From Rhizophagus irregularis (Eukaryota), in NCBI RefSeq assembly GCF_026210795.1, contig NC_089431.1, positions 5,270,001 through 5,334,000 of the forward strand: a stretch of DNA of 64,000 nt, given 5' to 3'. This document shows, one piece after another, positions 39,975 through 53,829 of this stretch. The notes under the pieces are model-generated. The model searched no databases and had not been told where the DNA came from. It saw nothing but the letters and a program-made list of their open reading frames with translations. Positions within the stretch are counted from its first letter, which is position 1; each line of letters opens with the position of its first letter. The translations under genes and the position numbers were made by a program.

Positions 39975-41892
39975 TATTTATTTTTATTGAAGTGTACAAA
40001 TAAAAGAAACAATAACAATAAATAAAAAAGATAAGTAAATTACAATGATCAAGGAAAAAGATGCTAATAAAAAAATCCTCTATAACTAACCGATCTATCT
40101 AAATATTATCTAAATATGTAACTATATAATCAATCATAATAAAACTAAATTATAAAATAAAACCAGTATATACTTTAGCCTTCGTTCCCCAAGTGTTCTT
40201 AAAAGATTTACTAGTGATTTACCATTCTTTACATCATCTAATAAACTATTTCTCGTATATTTTTTTCGTTTAAACTATTTCATTTGTTTTTCAATTTTTC
40301 TTAATTTTTTATTATAAACACTATCGCCCTCCTCTATTCTTTTTTCCTTTTTCTTTTATCTTTACAATCTAAACCTCTATCTTTCTCTATCTCCGCCACA
40401 TCATCACATCGTTTAACCCAAATTCTCTTTCTATATTTATCTTTATCATAACAAAAGCTCCACAAATGTTCTATCAAATTCTTGTATTCTTTTTTCTTCG
40501 ATATCTCATCAAACTTTCTATTATATACATCTCCCATATTCTATTATTCTAATAAAATATCTGATTGGGTTAACATTATTTCATAAAAATTTATATTAAT
40601 ATCTCGTAATATTTCCACTTCTTCTTTTTTACCATCTGATATTAATATTTCTTCATACTTAGCTATTGCTTCATATAATATTTCTTCTAAGCTAACTTTA
40701 TTTCTTTCGCACTTCCAAACATCATGGTACAATCTTCGATCTCATTATTGCATCTTGGACACATTTCATTTGCTATTACACTAATATAAAACTCCATAAG
40801 TTGGTAATTCTTTTAAAAAGTTTTTAATTCTGTATGATCTCTCCTTTGTATCTTCATGATCGTTACACTGCCAAAAAGTAAATTTATTTTTATTACTAAT
40901 AAAATTAAGCGTCTTAACCCAATCGAATTCATTTTTAAAATTAAAATAAAACAGATCTTCTATCTTTCGACTATTGAGAAGTTCATTTTTCCAAATAGCT
41001 TGCGTACACTTCTTACGCCATCCTCTTAAATCACCAGTTATCAATGCATATTTCCAATATAAATTGAATTCGTTGATCGTTCTTCATCTATAACATCTAT
41101 TTCAATATGTTTCAAAATTTTCTTTCTTCATTAGTTCTAAAAATTTTCTAATTTCTTCCCTTCTCTTCTCTATATCTTCCAATTCTGAATGTCCAAGAAT
41201 ATCTAATTTCATATCTTTCTTCCTTCAAAAATTTTTCAATCACCAACATTTCTATAAAATACTCTTCATCTATCCTTTTTCTATTACTAAGATTTTTCAT
41301 AAAATTTTCTAAACATCTTCTGACTTTCTCATCAATTCCTAAAAGAATATCACTCCCTTTTTCTATTAAATCATTCCAATTATTATACATCTTATTAAAA
41401 TTTTAAATTCATCATGATCTTTCGTATCATTAAATTTCGCATTTATCCTTATCTCGCTTTTCTCATTAAAATCTCTATCCCTTAATACCCAACTCACCAA
41501 ATATTCTATATATTTATATCCTTTTTCGATACTTTTATTTTCCCCTTAACACACTCTATTATTTATTAAGTACGCTTGCCTTTTCCTCTTATCTCTTTCA
41601 TCCGTTTCCATTATACTATTTTTTAATATATCGATAAAATCTTGATCTTTATTATAATTCATATCTTTTTCTTCCTCTTTCACATATACTTCATTTTCAT
41701 TTTTATATTTCTCATTGACTCATATGGTTTTATCCGACCTTCTTCATTCCTTTTCTTAATAATCCTACTTGCTTCATTTGCTATATATATTAAACATTCC
41801 TTACTTTCAACCTTTTTACCAATATTTCTGTTGCATCCTTCGCCATAAAGTAAAATAGACATATTTCTTGAGTTTAATATCTCTCCAATAAC
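39975..41892 (-). mobile_element. Degenerate non-LTR retrotransposon (LINE) 3' portion
   Basis: Broken frames FDWVKTL..ERSYRIKNFLKELPTY..CPRC....D..HDVWKC (zf-RVT-like C-terminus); AATAAA/A-rich end near 39980. Confidence 0.7.
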
Positions 41893-42411
41893 TAGGGATG
41901 GCAACGGTCGGTCATGGTCGGTCATCGGTCGGTCATAACCGGTCAAGAACCTTTGACCGACCGACCGACCGTTTGACCGACAGTTTGACCGATCATTTTT
42001 TTTTATATTTTCGCAGTGTTTTTATTAAGGCAATTGAAAAAACGTGCGAAAACGTTTATTTTTTATTAAATTATTAATAAAAAAACGTTTTCGCAACGTT
42101 TCTATTAAAATAATTAAAAAAACGTTGCGAAAACGTTTTATTTTAATTATATTATTAATAAAAACGTTTTCGCAACGTTTTTTGTTAAAATAATTAAAAA
42201 CGGTTGCGAAAAACATTTTTTTTTAATTAAATTATTAATAAAAAACGTTTTCGCGACGTTTTTTATTAAATTTTTCATAAAAAAATTTGGTCGGTCAAAC
42301 GGTCGGTCAAACGGTCAGTCAAACGGTCGGTCAGAAGTCTTGACCGACCGATATCGGTCACGGTCATGACCGGTCATAATCGGTTAATGACCGTGACCGT
42401 TGCCATCCCTA
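41893..42411. mobile_element. hAT-like MITE (519 bp), quasi-palindromic
   Basis: Perfect 17-bp TIR TAGGGATGGCAACGGTC; subterminal CGGT/GACC repeats; internal alternating AAACGTTTTCGCAACGTTT units; no TSD seen. Confidence 0.85.
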
Positions 42412-42429
42412 ATCACGTCCTAAGCCGAA

Positions 42430-43320
42430 CTTTCTTATATCAGGGACGAAAAATGAAAATGATTGTTTAATTTATTTACCATTAGATCAGTCATCAAGAA
42501 ATATTAAGGTGGGAAAAGAAAAGGTTAAAGATGGAAATACGAGTAAAATAAAACCGTATGAATATTTTGAGAAAATTTTAAACAAGCTTCTAGAGAATCA
42601 AATTATAATTTCAGATTTCTTAATAATTGATTTTAGTTTAGTTAAAAGGGAGCCTTTTTCGGATAATTGTCTTAAGTCTTTCTTTTATAACGAGATTAAG
42701 TTTATAACTAATAATGGAAAATATTTTGTATAACTCAAAAGTTTAAAAGCGATAATTATAATAATAGCGTTGATTTTTAGTTTAATTATTATTCTGAATG
42801 ATAATACAGTGAATATATTAATTAATGATAAATTCATTTGAATTTTTTTTTAAAGAATCTAGCTCTAGAAAAGACAAAAATTACGCGTTATTAAAATTTT
42901 CGAAGAAATTGATAGAAGAGAAAAAATTACAGGTGTTTTTTTTTAACGTCATCTAAATATATAGGGATGAAGATTATAAGATTCAAATGGAAGCAGAGTT
43001 ATATGAAGAATATCTTGATGGACGTTTACATTTAAACTAATTAAGAATGGAATCTAATAAATATATAACGAGCGATTTAGATACAAAAATACGAGCTTTT
43101 AGAATTAAAAATTTCCTTAAAACACTACCGAGTTATATAAAAGAAGAGTATTAAATCTAATAAATGCGCAAGATTTCATATAGATGTTGAATCATGGAAT
43201 CAATACGAAAAACATAAGTACGGAGTGGCAGATAAGGAATGAAGTTTTAGAAAATGATCAAAAAAATGAAATAGACAATGTAATAGTTGGTAATGATATT
43301 AAATTAGATTCTAGGAAAGG
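42430..43320 (+). mobile_element. Second degenerate LINE fragment, opposite orientation
   Basis: KIRAFRIKNFLKTLP..KSNKCARF..DVESW near 43085-43200, homologous to the minus-strand relic. Confidence 0.55.
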
Positions 43321-43895
43321 TTATGGTCAGATCAATATATAGGTAATTTATGTAATACATGAAAAATACTACTTCTGATACCAAATTCGGCCAAAAATAA
43401 TAATATTCTTAATCCGCAGATATCTAAAATTTTCGAAAAAAAAAATTACATGCAAATATATAAATATTAAAAAAAGGATACAATTTTGAGTCATATAATA
43501 TTTACGTTAATCAGCATAAACTTTCTAATAAACATATTAGTATTAATTTCTTTTGTAAAGTCGGGTATAATACAAATAAAATCTCGTAGCATATCACTTT
43601 ATTTTCATTTTTGCTGTGCGTGTCGCTCATGAAATTATAATTTTATAAATCCGAGTAATGTTCCAAATAAAATTCGTAGTCTAGGTCACATTATAAAACA
43701 ACGTGTATCTGAATATTGAATTTGATGGAAATATAATATAAAAAATGGTAAATAGGATTTGGAGTCACAGGTTCCCGTCTGAAAGAAGTACAGAAATTTT
43801 AATCAGATGATTTTTGATTTCAAACATTAAATATGGGTCAATTTAATCGAAATAGCATCTTTTTTACGACTAATAATTTTTATATAAATACTAGT

Positions 43896-45710
43896 ATCTG
43901 GATGGATACTATGTAAATAAATTGTGTAAACCATGTAGCGCAAATGATTTATCAATTTTTTTGCAAGAAATTCAATTGAAATAAATAATTATACTTGATA
44001 TAATATTTGAATGGATACCATATAATCAGTTTGACGAAAGAAATGGGGTTTTGCTACAGCAATATGGAAGGATGGTATTGAACTTGTATATACAAGAAGG
44101 TCAGAATAAAAAAGTTACTTTAAAATGTTTATATAATTCGCAAAATATTTACCAATGAATCTCTTCTAAATGAGGTATGAGATTTTTGAATTTAATTAGG
44201 GATAATTTTCGTATTATAGTACATAATAATAAGTGCTATAATTTTTCTTTTTTATAATAGTACAGTACGTAAAGATTCTGAAGTAAATGGAATATCTCAA
44301 AATCCAAATATAAAAGATTATATCATGGTTCTCCAAGACAAATATCATATTGTGAAAATTGTGGTGAAAAATATGTGTATAAAAAATGGTGTAAATCATG
44401 TCAAATAGGTTACCTTAAAAAAATTCTATTTAAATTGGACAAGTGAGAACAAAATAATTGATGATTTAATCCATCACTACAGAGATAATATATTTGATGA
44501 ATAACATATGATCAATCCGCTACGATGTATTTAGCAATATTATGGAACGATGTTATGATTACTGAGAAGAGAAATGGACGAGGATCTCAAATAAACAAAT
44601 TACTTTAAAATGTCCATATAATTCACAAAATATTACTAAACGAGGTATGTTTAACACTTTTTTTTCTAATATAAAATATAATAATTTTTTTTCATAACTC
44701 AAAATCCAGATACAGTACAAAGAATATATCATTGTTTTCAATATCATGGACTGGCGGTCAATATATAAATCAATCTGATGAAAGTTATAAATGGTGTAAA
44801 CCATGTTTAATAAATTATTTAAAAATTTTACTAGTGGGAATGTGGGATCGAAAAAATTAATAATTTAGTTCAAGAAATGCAGTCAAAAATAATTCTTACA
44901 ACGATATAACTGAATATTTATACGATCAGTTTGAAGATATTACAGAAATAGATAATGGTGGATTTGTTACCATATATTCTGTGTTATGATATCACACGCA
45001 CGCATTTATAGATTTTATAGATTTTTCTTTTTAATGTATATTTAGATAGTTTATTGATTAAATGAATAATTTTATTATATTGAGTAATTTACATATAGTT
45101 TATATTGTTAGTTGTTTTTGGTATAAACAGATAAACAGGAATTGGGAGGCTTAGGTTTGGGTAATAATGTGGGACGAAATGTGGATTCGGGACAATTTGG
45201 CCGATTGATAACTTTAGTTAGACGGAAGACAATTCATATATTAGCAAATTGGCCAAAGGACAAGTTGAACTTTGGACAAATTGTGCCGAATTTTGGGAAA
45301 GTATATAAGGGACTAGTGGGGAAGTGCTGGAAAGGCAGGATTTTGGTCTATTTTCTGAATAGTCTAGCATTAGTATTTGTAAAAGAAGGATCTACCGAAT
45401 ATTACAGAGCGCCGAAAGAGTTAGTACTAATATTGCTAGAATCCTTGCCGATAGTTAATAAAAATCCTACCGACAGTTTTCTGATTTCTAAATTCTCCAT
45501 TTATCTTCCTATCGTGTACCTTTTTATTGCCGATTCCTTATAAATTCCCTATTTATTTTCTCGTTACTACCTTTCTGATCTGCATAAATCCTGTGGTAAC
45601 ATCAGCATGGTCCATTAAGTTATGATTATTTGGTTAAAAAAGAATTGGTAAGAACATCAGTTACAAAAGTTGCTTTGAAATTCACAGATGAATTTTTAAA
45701 TGAGGTATGA
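43896..45710 (+). pseudogene. Decayed multi-N-lobe kinase (about 3 modules, no C-lobe), interrupted by a solo LTR
   Basis: Repeated CKPC/CKSC, FEWIPY, KVTLKC, NE|GTATG donors (~44175, ~44645, ~45705), GISQNP..KDYIMVL; many stops and frameshifts. Confidence 0.8.
44982..45601. mobile_element. Solo LTR (620 bp) inserted in the IYSA codons of the kinase relic
   Basis: TGTTA...TAACA termini; TSD TCTG/TCAG (3 of 4); removal restores ATA TAT TCA GCA; similar to 8668-9217. Confidence 0.72.
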
Positions 45711-46274
45711 ATTTCTCTGGAAATTAAATTTGATTAAATACTTCTCTTTTTGTAAAATATGTTTTTAATAGATCAATAATTATAATCACGTGTTACAATT
45801 TATTATAAAAAATTGTAATACAAAAAAAAGTGATACAAATATAAAAGGAAATAAGCAGGGGTAGTTTAATTCAAAATGGGAATTATGGCGTAAGCGGAAG
45901 GAAGAAAGGAATGACATGGGTTATAAATACCCTCCGGAAATACTACATTACAAATAATTTAAAGAAAGATTTGTTTACAGTAGTTACCCGTAAACAATAG
46001 AATATTTGTATAATGCGTAAATAAACCAATAAAAATCAATTTATTTATTTGGGATCAATTTAAAACTTTTTATAATATTAAGAAAAACAGTATCTATTTT
46101 ATTGCCAACATCTGTTTTTATTTTGATGAATTTTTCATTTTTGAATAATAATTTTTTATAGTAAAATAGTTAATTTCTAATTTTAATGGAACTATTTTAT
46201 TTGAATTATTTTAATATTTACTATGTCTTCATAAATGCATCTCAGTAAGAATGATAGAAGAGTATAGTTAAATA

Positions 46275-47766
46275 TCAATCACGAACAAATTGAAATATTT
46301 CACATTCTTCTACATCAAAACTACTAGTAGTTTTTCTAATTGGCTTTTCATAAGAAGATTTGGTACAACTATTACCAAAGAAAAAGTTCCATATACGAAG
46401 ATCTATATCAAATGATGGACCGACATAAGGATTATTTAATATAGCTTTATTTGCATTCGTTACACGACTTAAAATATGATTATCAATTCTATCATTGATA
46501 AAAGAAAATATAAAACTGTCTCTAGTAGCGCCGAAACTTGCATCTGATTTCCATTCAGTTGAATTATATCCTCCAAGAATTTCACTACTACTCTTCACTT
46601 TAACAATTGTTACCGTGCGTGTATGGTTATCACAAATTTCATGAAATTTATCTCGTGAATGCCCATCACGAGATGCACGAAATAATAATTTGAATTCGTA
46701 TGAAGAAATTATTAACTTGTCGATGATATTTAATCTATCAATCCATTTTGAGATTAATTCAGCATGTTGAGATGTAATAATTTTTGAATCAACAGCTCTT
46801 AATTTGATTTCATTAGTTATATGAGGTTTTTGTTTATTGGTTGGTTTACTATCAGGATTAGAAAGAGTTAAATAAGTTTTTAATAAATCTGCACATAATT
46901 CTCCGGGAAGAATTTCTCTATAAGGAAATACTTTGTCAACAAATTCTTTAGAAGTTAAGTTGTAAAATTTAATAAAAGGAATACATTGTTGCAAGGTATT
47001 CTTTAAAGTATTAAAATCATCTTTTGAAAAGTTTGTGATTTCGGAAGGAAGTTCAGGATTTTGAGCAAATCCCCATTTAAGTACATGTTCCCAAATTTGA
47101 ACTTCGCTCGTTTGAGGATTGTCATTTTGAATAATTGAAATCAAAAGTTTTTCCGGAATTGAAGAGAAATCGGGCGATTTGAATATTTTATCCGGCTCCT
47201 TAGATATTAAATCAATACAATAATTTTGAAGTTCTGATAATGAGTTATTTTCGAAGCTTGTTTGATAAACGAAATTAAAATTTTTCTCCATCCAACTTGT
47301 TTTATTTTTGATCAAAAAGAATTGTAAATATGTGACAAATTCTTGAAGACTAAGTTCATTAGCAGCAACTAAGACTTTAATTATATCTGAATTATCATAC
47401 TCATTTAAAGAAAGCTTTCCGCCATAAATATACCTAAATTAAAAAAAAAAATTGTGAAATTAGAAATAAATATTAAATTGGGTTTTGTTTATACTTGATT
47501 CTTTATTACCTTAAAATTATTTGAAAAATTTCAGGAGAAATATTTGATAATTTGATATGTGTCAAAGTTCCATCATTTTTTTTTTTATTAGTTGACAAAA
47601 TTCTTCGCAAATAGGGAGAACGATAATGTAAAATAACCATATGAGCACGAAAAACTTTTACATAAGGGTCATTACCAACTTCAATGGCGACATCATAATA
47701 TTCTTCATCATTTAAAATTTTGAGTAATTCTTGTGATAAAATTGGTAAAAGTTTATCATCCTCCAT
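46275..47766 (-). CDS. BTB-BACK-TLDc protein; exon1 47766-47510, exon2 47433-46275
   Basis: Same motifs and intron position as 27607-29099; spliced frame open. Confidence 0.92.
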
Positions 47767-48376
47767 TTTTTATATTTTTTTAAGTTATAACGTAAACAAA
47801 AGAATTGAGAAAAAAATTCAGCCAAATTTGTAAATGGTCAACCTTATATTATGGTTCTGTGCAACGTTAAACGGGATCATCTTACCACACCACCAATTCC
47901 ACCAATTCTAAGTCGCTGAGATAAATATAAACAACGCGAACGCGGCAGTCACGTGAACTGAACGGTGACGGTTAGGCATCACACCTTTCCGAGGTTTCAA
48001 ATTGTGTAGGGAAAATTAATAGCGATGAATTTCTTTGAACTCATTTTAATTAAAATATAATTATTAATAAAGCTTAGAAAATTATGTTATATTGATATAT
48101 TTGTTATATTCTAATCAATTGATTATATATATTTCAGTTATTTATTAATCTTGTTAAATTAAAAAAGAATTGCTTTAACAATACAGAAACAATAAAAAAA
48201 GATAAACTTGTTTTTTTTTACCAAAAAATCGTACTATTTAGAATTTAAATAAAGCTGAAAAAAAATAAATAAATAAATACATAATACATTTTTATGGCAC
48301 AGTCTGAAGGATTATATTTTTATTAAATTGATGGTAAAAATATCATAATTTACAAATAAAAATCTGTAGTAGAATG

Positions 48377-51300
48377 CTAAATATTTGACCTTAATGATCT
48401 TATAGAACCAGCTGATAAACGTCTATCTCTAATAAAGTTTCTAATTTCATCACGCCGATGACACCATCTTATTAATGCCTGATACGATCTTAAAATTAGT
48501 TTATTCATTATAACTAATCCACCAGATATAATTACAAGTGATGGAATAAAATCGTATGTCACAACACTATTAAAGTATAATATCTGTATAATCAACTGTG
48601 GTATATCTTCAGCAAAAATATTTATGAAACTACCCCAAAGTATAATATCTCTTGATCTTTGTGATAATGGGGCTGAAAATATTTTGAGACCAAATAAATT
48701 TGATGTCAAAGTATTTATTGCTAGTATATCAATGGCTGAAAATATTGTACAAATTGATAATAGTGTTGGAAGCTCCGAAAACCAAGTATGGAATGTTGGA
48801 TTCGTAGCTACTTCAGACAAAAGAATATTTATAGCCAATAATAAACTGACTACATGCGGTACAACAAGGAATACCATACTAAATAATAATAAATAAGAAA
48901 ATTATTAATTAATTAAATTAATCTTTAAAATAATCAAAATAACATAACATTAAACAAAATTTCTTACTTTGGGATTATTAGGTGTGGAGTATTATGAACC
49001 CTTAATAATGCAAATGTTAAATCCACAGCAAAATCCTGCATTATTAATGCAGTCTCAAATATGGCAATGTTTCTAGCTTCAGGGTTCTTCCAACGTGCCA
49101 AAAAATATAATATTATTAATATTATCATACTTACTAAAAATATTATAATTAGTGGCAAAAATTTTCCAAAATAACCTGTAAAATAATAGAATTAAAAATT
49201 TAATAAATTTAATGAAATATTAATTATTTACAAATATCAAAAATATTTAATGAACAACACTTACTGGTTATTGTAAAGGATGCACTTTCATCGATTAATG
49301 AAGAATATTCATAATTAGAAAGTGCAGTAAACCTTTTTCTTTCAATCAAAGTGCCCAAATTATCAAAGATTGTTTTGGAACTTGGTTCCATGGCACTTTT
49401 AGCTTCATTAATAGTAAATGACAACAACACTTTTTTGGGGAAAGTGGGGTCATTTTGCCATTTACCATTTGTAGTTATCCTTTGTTCATCTACCGGAATT
49501 ATTTTGGAAAATTCTTGAATTACATTATTGAAAAACTCCAACTGATGATTTGTTTGAAGAAATTTTGAACTCCCTTCTTCATTCAATCGAAGTAACCCTG
49601 TGACTGAAACTGAATGTTGACCGGTCTTAAATGGTTCTAAATATAATAAAGAAATATAAATTTTTCTATTTGACCAGTAAAAAATTGAAAAATTAAAATT
49701 AAAAAAAAATGTATATTACTTGTTGAAATTATCCAAGTTTTTTCATTAATTCCTAATAAAGGTTCATTTCTCTCTTGAGAAATGACAAAATTATTATCAA
49801 CTACCACATGATATGACGAGTTTGGCTGATTAAATGTACTACCGAAAATTGGAATATGCACAGTGTGGTTATCGCTTCCAATAGTACATAGTTTAGAATC
49901 TCCTGCAATTGTTTGCCGTAATAAACTTGGTTTGTATGGGTCATCATTTAGTTGAAATATGGAAACATTTGCAGTAGATAACCTTACTGGAATGCCATAT
50001 TTAATTGTAATTTCATTGATTAAAGGATCAATAACTTCATTGATAGCTGGCTTTGTTGACTCAATTGCAGGATTATCATATTCAGCTCCTATAAATCAAA
50101 AAATTTTTTTATTAAAAAAAAATAAAATTAAAGTAAAAATAAATTAAAATTTACCTTGATTATTTAGTCTTAGTAAAGGTTTCAATAAAATTTCCAATTT
50201 ATTACCAGTTTGTTTCTTTATTCCCACTAAAGTACCATTTCTTCTGAACATATTATAATGAAAAAACTCTGGGCCAAAAGAGACCTTTGATTTATAATTT
50301 CCATTATTATCTAAAATATAAAAGTTCAATGCAGTTGTATTTGTATATTGTTTTCTCACAAGAAATCCTCCATAAACTAAACTTGACAAATCAAAATCTT
50401 CTGCATTACTTATTTCTTTAGGGACCATACCAAATTGTACAAAGGACCCAGTTGTTAAAAATTCTAACTGATAATAATTCACTTCAGTTCTTGATTGATC
50501 CTTATTTATAATTGTATTGTTTAATGATACAATACATATATATCCTGCAATATTATAAAAACATGATTTAAATGCTAAACTATTTAATTTTGTAGTAGTT
50601 TGGTAGACAAGAGAAGGTGTTGTAGGTGAATATGTTCCCTCTCTTAAAAATGAAACATAAATTTTCCAGTATTGAATATTTGGATCATTTGTTACTGATG
50701 ATCCCATTTCATCATATTTTAGAATATATGCATATCCAATCCCTCCATCAATTAAATCAAAATTAAAACTATTTACAAAAGTATATGATAATAGGTTTGG
50801 TACACTAAACTCGCCACTTCCAAGTTCCACCACTTTTCCTGTTGTTCTAAAGCAAAAATGAAAAAGTTAATCAACTGAACAATGAAATACTTAAAAAGTA
50901 TTTACTTGTAAAATACTTAATACTTACAGGGTACTAAGCCAATTCCATGCTACTATTCCTTTTTTGTCATTTTCCTCAATACGAATAAAACCTTTTTCTA
51001 ATCTTCCACTTTCTATAATATAGTCATTAACATTCCCTAAGTAGATTTCACTAAAAAAAAAAATTATTATTGATCTTTATAAATGAGGATATAACAACAT
51101 CTTAACTTACCTTATAATCTCACTGTCATAGTTAATTATCAATCCATACTTTCCCTTAACACCATTGTCTGATTTAACATAAATTATCATTATATAATTA
51201 TAACTTAAGGGTATAAAAGTCATATTAATGGGGCAAATTACTTCTGGGGTAAAGGTGTAATTAAGATTTATGTATGTAATTCGTCCTGTTCTTTCTATCA

Positions 51301-51607
51301 ATCGTAGATAAAAATAAGGTGATAACATGCATGATGGATCTTCTTCATCATAAAAGGCCATCCAAATCATTAAAGTACCATCTTTAAGTGTGCGAGTGTC
51401 ATATAGTTTTAGACCTTCTATCGGTTCTTCATAAATGTACCATATATCCTGAGGTGATGTGTCTTGGGGTGGTGTATTTAGAGATGATACATTTTGAGGT
51501 AATATATCTCGAGATAATACATTTTGAGATGTGACAAAAAAGCAACAGATAGAGGTTAAATATATAAAGATGGTCAACATCTTTGCCAAATTGAACATTT
51601 TTAACAT
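48377..51607 (-). CDS. Large cell-surface protein: signal peptide, long ectodomain with Ig-like (Big_5/SbsA-like) region, ~6 TM helices; ~7 exons
   Basis: Hydrophobic N-terminus; exons 51607-51111, 51050-50928, 50846-~50155 checked in frame, later boundaries approximate; STFNQPNSSYHVVVDNNFV..EPLLGI..W; TM segments with EDIPQLIIQ motif. Confidence 0.8.
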
Positions 51608-53417
51608 TTTTATTAGAGACTTGGTGGGAAAATGTGTGTAAAAAATGTGGAAATAAATTAAGAGACTTGATTATTAGAGACTATGTGGGAAAATGTGTGT
51701 GAAAAATATGGAAATAAATTTAGAGATTTGAAAAATTTTAAATTTTTACTCAGAGGGATTACAGAACATTTATATATGTTATTTGTCATTGTAATCTTGA
51801 TTTATTTATCAATTACTATTAATAACTTTTCTTTAATCAAACGTTTAAAATGTGTTTCAAAAAAAATATATTAATTATACTACCAAATTTGTATTTCAAA
51901 AACTGATCTGCATTGTTTTATACACGTGTAAAAAAACGTGCAACAAATATAATGGCTGAAAAATTTCTGACACTAAAAATATTGTCCAACAAAAACAAGT
52001 GTTTGATATATATGCATAACATGCATTTAGTATCAAAGGAGTTACTAGTGAAACGTCTGTTACATGCCTAATTTATGATGAATATAATTGTATGAAAATG
52101 ATAATAATTTGCCTCATCATTCATCAAAATTTAAATTTAGGATCAATACAATTAGATACATAATTAATTTTTATTTTTTTAATACATACTAGCAACAGCC
52201 CATTTGCTTCACACTGAGATCAATGAACTTGAAACATATAGTAAATTATTATGCACACAAATAATATTCTGGAGACAAGCTATATAATGAACAAAATATT
52301 AAATTCTTCAAATTTATTAAATTTAGTGATAAAATTATGATATCACTACTGGCAGAAAAGCTGACAATTTTTGACATGTATTATTACTCTTTTTCTATCA
52401 CTCTGCTATGTTTTATCTTTCTATGATTACTGGATACAAAATGACGCAATAAACAAATGAATTATTCCTCATATATTATATAAAACCATTACCATATGTA
52501 TTATGAGACAGAGCAGTATTGCATAAAAGTTTGCCTTAATTTAGCGTAAAACAATGATAGAGAAGCGGTAACACAGCATAAAAAATATATTGTTAAGAAC
52601 ATCATTATAACATGAGACATTCCTATTGTTTCATGATCAACATGATCAACATTTATTAATGGTTAAACCCAATCTATTTTAAGATGACAATCCGTAATAA
52701 ATTACGGAGGCATGCTACACGTTACAGTAATACAACTCAAAATTAACTTATACAGGGTAATCTAAATATATAATAATTTACTAGACAATTTATTACCCCT
52801 ATAAAAATTTATTCCGTGTTTTTTATTTATTCCTTGTTATTTCCGTAAATGTATCATATTTACGGAATTTATAGTCTCAAACATTGAAAATAATCCAAGT
52901 TGCTCAAGTTATTTTCCCGTAAATGTATCATATTCACGGAGTTTTCCAGAAGTTACGTTTTACATATAAATCAATATTCTTATGAATAATAGTTAATGAT
53001 TCTATTACTATTAAAATTAAAGTAATTATATTTTATTCCTATTACTTTATTATTACTGTTTAAAAAGAATTTAATATATTATTATTTAAAAAATTTATAA
53101 AATATTTATAGTATTAATAATTAAAATCGATGAACTGCAATAAATATATTGTGCGTCAGATTCCGATTTGCGTCAGATGACGCCGGCCTACATTACCAGC
53201 CCAATATTGCCCAATATTATAATGCCTTAAGTGGGTTGGCCAGCATTACTAGGCCTGACGAAAATCGCACAACATATATACTACAATATGTAAATGCATC
53301 ATCATTCATATGTCGCACAATCTCTCGCTTTCATGGTTCCAAACTTGTGAAGGAAATAAAAATGAGAAAAAAGAATATGAAATGAGGATAAAGAAAGTGG
53401 GGAAGAGAAAAATTATT
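50972..53417 (+). repeat. Segmental duplication, copy B (copy A 37131-39486)
   Basis: Direct alignment by eye. Confidence 0.93.
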
Positions 53418-53429
53418 ATAACAATGGAG

Positions 53430-53735
53430 TAATGGAAAGTAATAGAAGATGAAAGGGATTAAAAAAGAGTAATGAGAAGTGATAGGAAACAAAAAGGAGA
53501 AATAGGAAATGATGAGAGATGAAAAGGTGTGATGGGAGACGAAAAGAAGTGATGGGAGACGAAGAGGAGTGATGAGAGATAAAGAGGAGTGATGGGAGAC
53601 AAAAAGAAGTGATGGGGAAGATGAAGAGGAGTGATAGGAGACGAAAAGAAGCGATGAGAGACGAAGAGGAGTGATGGGAGACGAAAAGGAGCGATGGGAG
53701 ATGAAAAGAAGTGATGAAAAGATGAAGAGGAGTAA
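53430..53735 (+). repeat. Purine-rich degenerate minisatellite (~17-23 bp units GAAAAGAAGTGATGGGAGAC)
   Basis: More than 10 degenerate GA-rich units. Confidence 0.85.
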
Positions 53736-53829
53736 AAATTTATTAAAATTGTAAAATTTAATAAAACCTCCTTTTGTTTTTGGAGTTTTCTCTTTTATTT
53801 TTTCTAAATTTTCCAATAAATTTTCAATC

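Noticed and set aside
45142..45543. 133-aa ORF
   Set aside because: Lies inside the solo LTR, TTG start, no recognisable motif
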